NCBI GenBank assembly: GCA_030295235.1
Contig: AP026155.1
Span: 434,001 to 498,000, forward strand
DNA length: 64,000 nucleotides
From: Fistulifera solaris
Lineage: Eukaryota
Reading direction: 5' to 3'
The notes below the pieces were generated by a model that saw only the letters and a program-made list of their open reading frames with translations, was not told the origin of the DNA and did not search any database. This document shows, in pieces, positions 61,488-64,000 of the stretch. Position 1 is the stretch's first letter, and every line of letters starts with the position of its first letter. The position numbers were made by a program, and so were the translations under genes.

Positions 61488-62371
61488 ATGTCGAAAGCTA
61501 CGTTTGCTGTTCCAGCCGAGGAATCGGCGCATCATCCGCATATTACGATCAATGATAAAGCTCCGCCGACTGAGGAGGTAATTACTGCGACAAGAATATC
61601 ACCCGATCACGCGTCTAAACGATCCGACAAATGCCTTCGTCGTACACCTCGCAACACACAGTGTATACGATTTCCCCTAAAACGTCTCTCTGTTACCGTC
61701 GTCTCGATCAACTCTTCTTTTCTTCAACGCCCAAGAGGGCACTGAGCTCGTACAAGAAACCTTGGGAAAAGGTTCACGCAGAACCGAACATTTATGTCCT
61801 CGAAAACTTTTTAACGACCAAAGAAATTAGTCATTTGATGGAATTTGTCGCCACGAAACGGTTCCAGCGATCCTTTGTGGACGGAGAGAACAACATTTCC
61901 AGTATCGATCGATCGCATCGTACGAGTACGTTCTTGTCTTTCGCGAAGCAACACGACAAGACGATTGCTACCATCGAACAACGTGCCGCGGATCTATTAG
62001 GAACACAAACGCGGGCACTGGAGGGACTCCAACTCGTGCGCTATGAACAAGGACAATTTTTTGGTGTTCATCATGATCTAGGAATTTATGATGAAGAAGA
62101 AGATACCGTCGCATTACCCCCCAAAACGACATGGAGTCCACGGCGTTTGGTCACCTTATTTTGCTATTTGAATGACTGTTCCGAAGGGGGTGCTACGGTT
62201 TTCCCGAAAGCTCAGTTGCGGGTGCAACCGGCAGCAGGAAATGCGGTCTTGTTCTCGAATGTAATGTCGGGTGGTATGCCCGATGTTCGGACACTGCATG
62301 CGGGAGAACCGCCTACTTCGCCCCAATGTGTCAAGTATGGATTGAACATTTGGTTTTGTGAGGAATTTTGA
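61488..62371 (+). CDS. Prolyl 4-hydroxylase-like 2OG-Fe(II) oxygenase
   Basis: PNIYVLENFL, RTST, LQLVRY..GQ.F..HHD, YLND..EGGATVFP, LHAGEP and KYGLNIW; probable indel in the 5' part. Confidence 0.88.
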
Positions 62372-62955
62372 GGCTTGGCTCGTGGCTAAGCAACGTGAAT
62401 GGATCTTGCAACTCTAGGTGATTCACTAGTCACCCCTCCGCTAAACTTAAGCCCCTGGCTTGGTGGAAACAAAAATATTTGTTGACTTTGACAAACAGAG
62501 TCAGGCATCCTCAGTTACGGGTCCCAATCTCGTTTAACCGCGTCATGCCGAAGCGTTTTGGGAGTTCTTCTGAGATACAAGAAGTTGCCGCCCGCATCGA
62601 ATCGAACGAAATTCCACGAGTGGGGACTTCGCAGGGTCACTTTCCGAGTCCCGTTCGGGGAAACTCGTAGATGGAAGCACCGGCCTTTGAATGTCAGGGC
62701 AATATATCAGATTACGAAACCAAAATCCGAAAAGGTGAACATCGATCATGGTAGGCGTTATCAACATGTCAACTTGAACTGGGTTGGATAAATGAAATGC
62801 ACCGGGTTTTAATAGTAAGGCAGGTCAGCGTTCGAACCTAAACGCCGTTGTCGGAGACTCCAAGTGAAGCAAACTGTTTGCAGTCAAATCTGATCATAAA
62901 CGCAACATCCGCGGCGGTGAACACGAAATTACTTTGAGACTTGTCGACTTTCAAG

Positions 62956-64000
62956 ATGAGACGATTTCCAGCTAATTTTAGATGGGGAACAGCCACTGCA
63001 GCTTATCAGATTGAAGGCGCGACTCGTATCGATGGTCGTGGGCCTAGCATCTGGGATGCCTTTTCTCAAATACCCGGTAAGATTTATGGGGGGCATACCG
63101 GAGACATTGCGTGCGATCATTATCGCCGATTTAAGGAGGACGTTGGCCTTCTTAAATCAATGGGTGTCAAGTGTTACCGATTTTCTATTGCCTGGCCTCG
63201 TATTTTGCCCCAAGGACGAGGGGATGTCAACGAGAAGGGTGTAGCGTTTTACAACGAACTTATTGATTGTCTCATTGAGAATGACATTGAACCGTGGGTG
63301 ACGATTTATCACTGGGACTTGCCGCTCGCATTGCAAATGGAAATGGATGGGCTATTGAATCCTGACATTGCCAAATGTTTTGCCGATTATGCTCGTGTTT
63401 GTTTCGATCGCTTTGGAGATCGTGTTCGTCACTGGATCACCTTGAACGAACCGTGGTGCAGTGCCGTGTTGGGACATGGAGTCGTGTGTCTGAAACAGAA
63501 CCGTATGTGGCCGCTCACAATCTTTTGCGCGCCCATGCTTATATGGTTGATGTTTATCGCCGCGAGTTTCAAGAAAGTCAACGAGGTGTGATCGGTATCA
63601 CAAATAATTCTGACTGGCATGAGCCCCTCACAGACTCTTCGGAAGACCGCGAAACCGCAGATCGTGCTCTGGAGTTTTCGTTGGGATGGTTTGCAGATCC
63701 TGTCTACTTTGGTGATTATCCACCTAGTATGCGCGACCGGCTTGGGTCTACTCTACCCCATTTCAGCGAAGAAGACCACAAACTTTTGAAAGGATCATCT
63801 GATTTTTTCGGTCTCAATCATTATAATACTAACATGTCTGCGGCGGAGGGTAGTATCGACTCGATGTTGCAAGACTTGTACAACAATGAGGGCGATCATG
63901 TCGATCTTTTGCGCGATCCCTCGTGGAAGCAAACTGATATGGGTTGGAATATTGTGCCATGGGGGATCCGGAAGTTGCTCGAATGGATCGACAGACGTTA
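62956..64000 (+). CDS. Glycoside hydrolase family 1 beta-glucosidase, runs off window; frame disrupted near 63480
   Basis: FPANFRWGTATAAYQIEG, ACDHY, YRFSIAWPRI, TIYHWDLP and TLNEP; continues in another frame EPYVAAHNLLRAHA...DFFGLNHY...MGWNIVPWGIRKLL. Confidence 0.92.

Noticed and set aside
1400..61750. Frameshifts in over a dozen genes, suggesting programmed ribosomal frameshifting or mass pseudogenisation
   Set aside because: Nearly all fall in A/T/C/G homopolymer runs, go in both directions, share no slippery-site or stop context, and hit essential genes such as ORC1. This is the signature of unpolished long-read assembly; short-read mapping would confirm it.
62438..62452. CCGCTAAACTTAAGC resembling the 5' end of LSU rRNA (and GGATCATTA at ~45587 resembling the SSU 3' end)
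   Set aside because: Matches are 9-15 nt with no flanking rRNA similarity.
62568..62710. CTGAGA and CCTTTGAA..TCAGGGCAAT resembling a TPP riboswitch; GAAAC resembling a hammerhead core
   Set aside because: The required P2/P4/P5 pairings and the CUGANGA core are absent, and neighbouring genes are not thiamine-related.

Overview
Gene-dense eukaryotic nuclear DNA, most likely from a diatom or related stramenopile. Evidence: short GT-AG introns, signal peptide + 'A/G-F' plastid presequences, and RXL motifs. About 30 protein-coding genes are recognisable: Twinkle helicase, thioredoxin, DOMON-cytochrome b561, an ORC1-like AAA+ ATPase with about five tandem BAH-like domains, a DHHC(DHYC) palmitoyltransferase, a BASS transporter, VPS28, PhoD, a clostripain-family protease, scramblase, PPR, a nucleotide-sugar transporter, P4H and GH1. 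Many genes are broken by 1-nt indels in homopolymer runs, which I read as assembly errors. A gene-free, AT-rich island at about 25.3-30.6 kb is a centromere candidate. It holds an internally deleted TIR DNA transposon, a tandem duplication, an inverted decayed copy of the neighbouring DUF962 gene, and a 5'-truncated CRE-like non-LTR retroelement. Elsewhere are a collapsed LTR element with a 6-bp TSD and tRNA-like PBS, a second CRE-like fragment, five copies of an ~85-bp hairpin MITE, and recurrent GTAC clusters in promoter regions. All calls are by eye; no database search was run.
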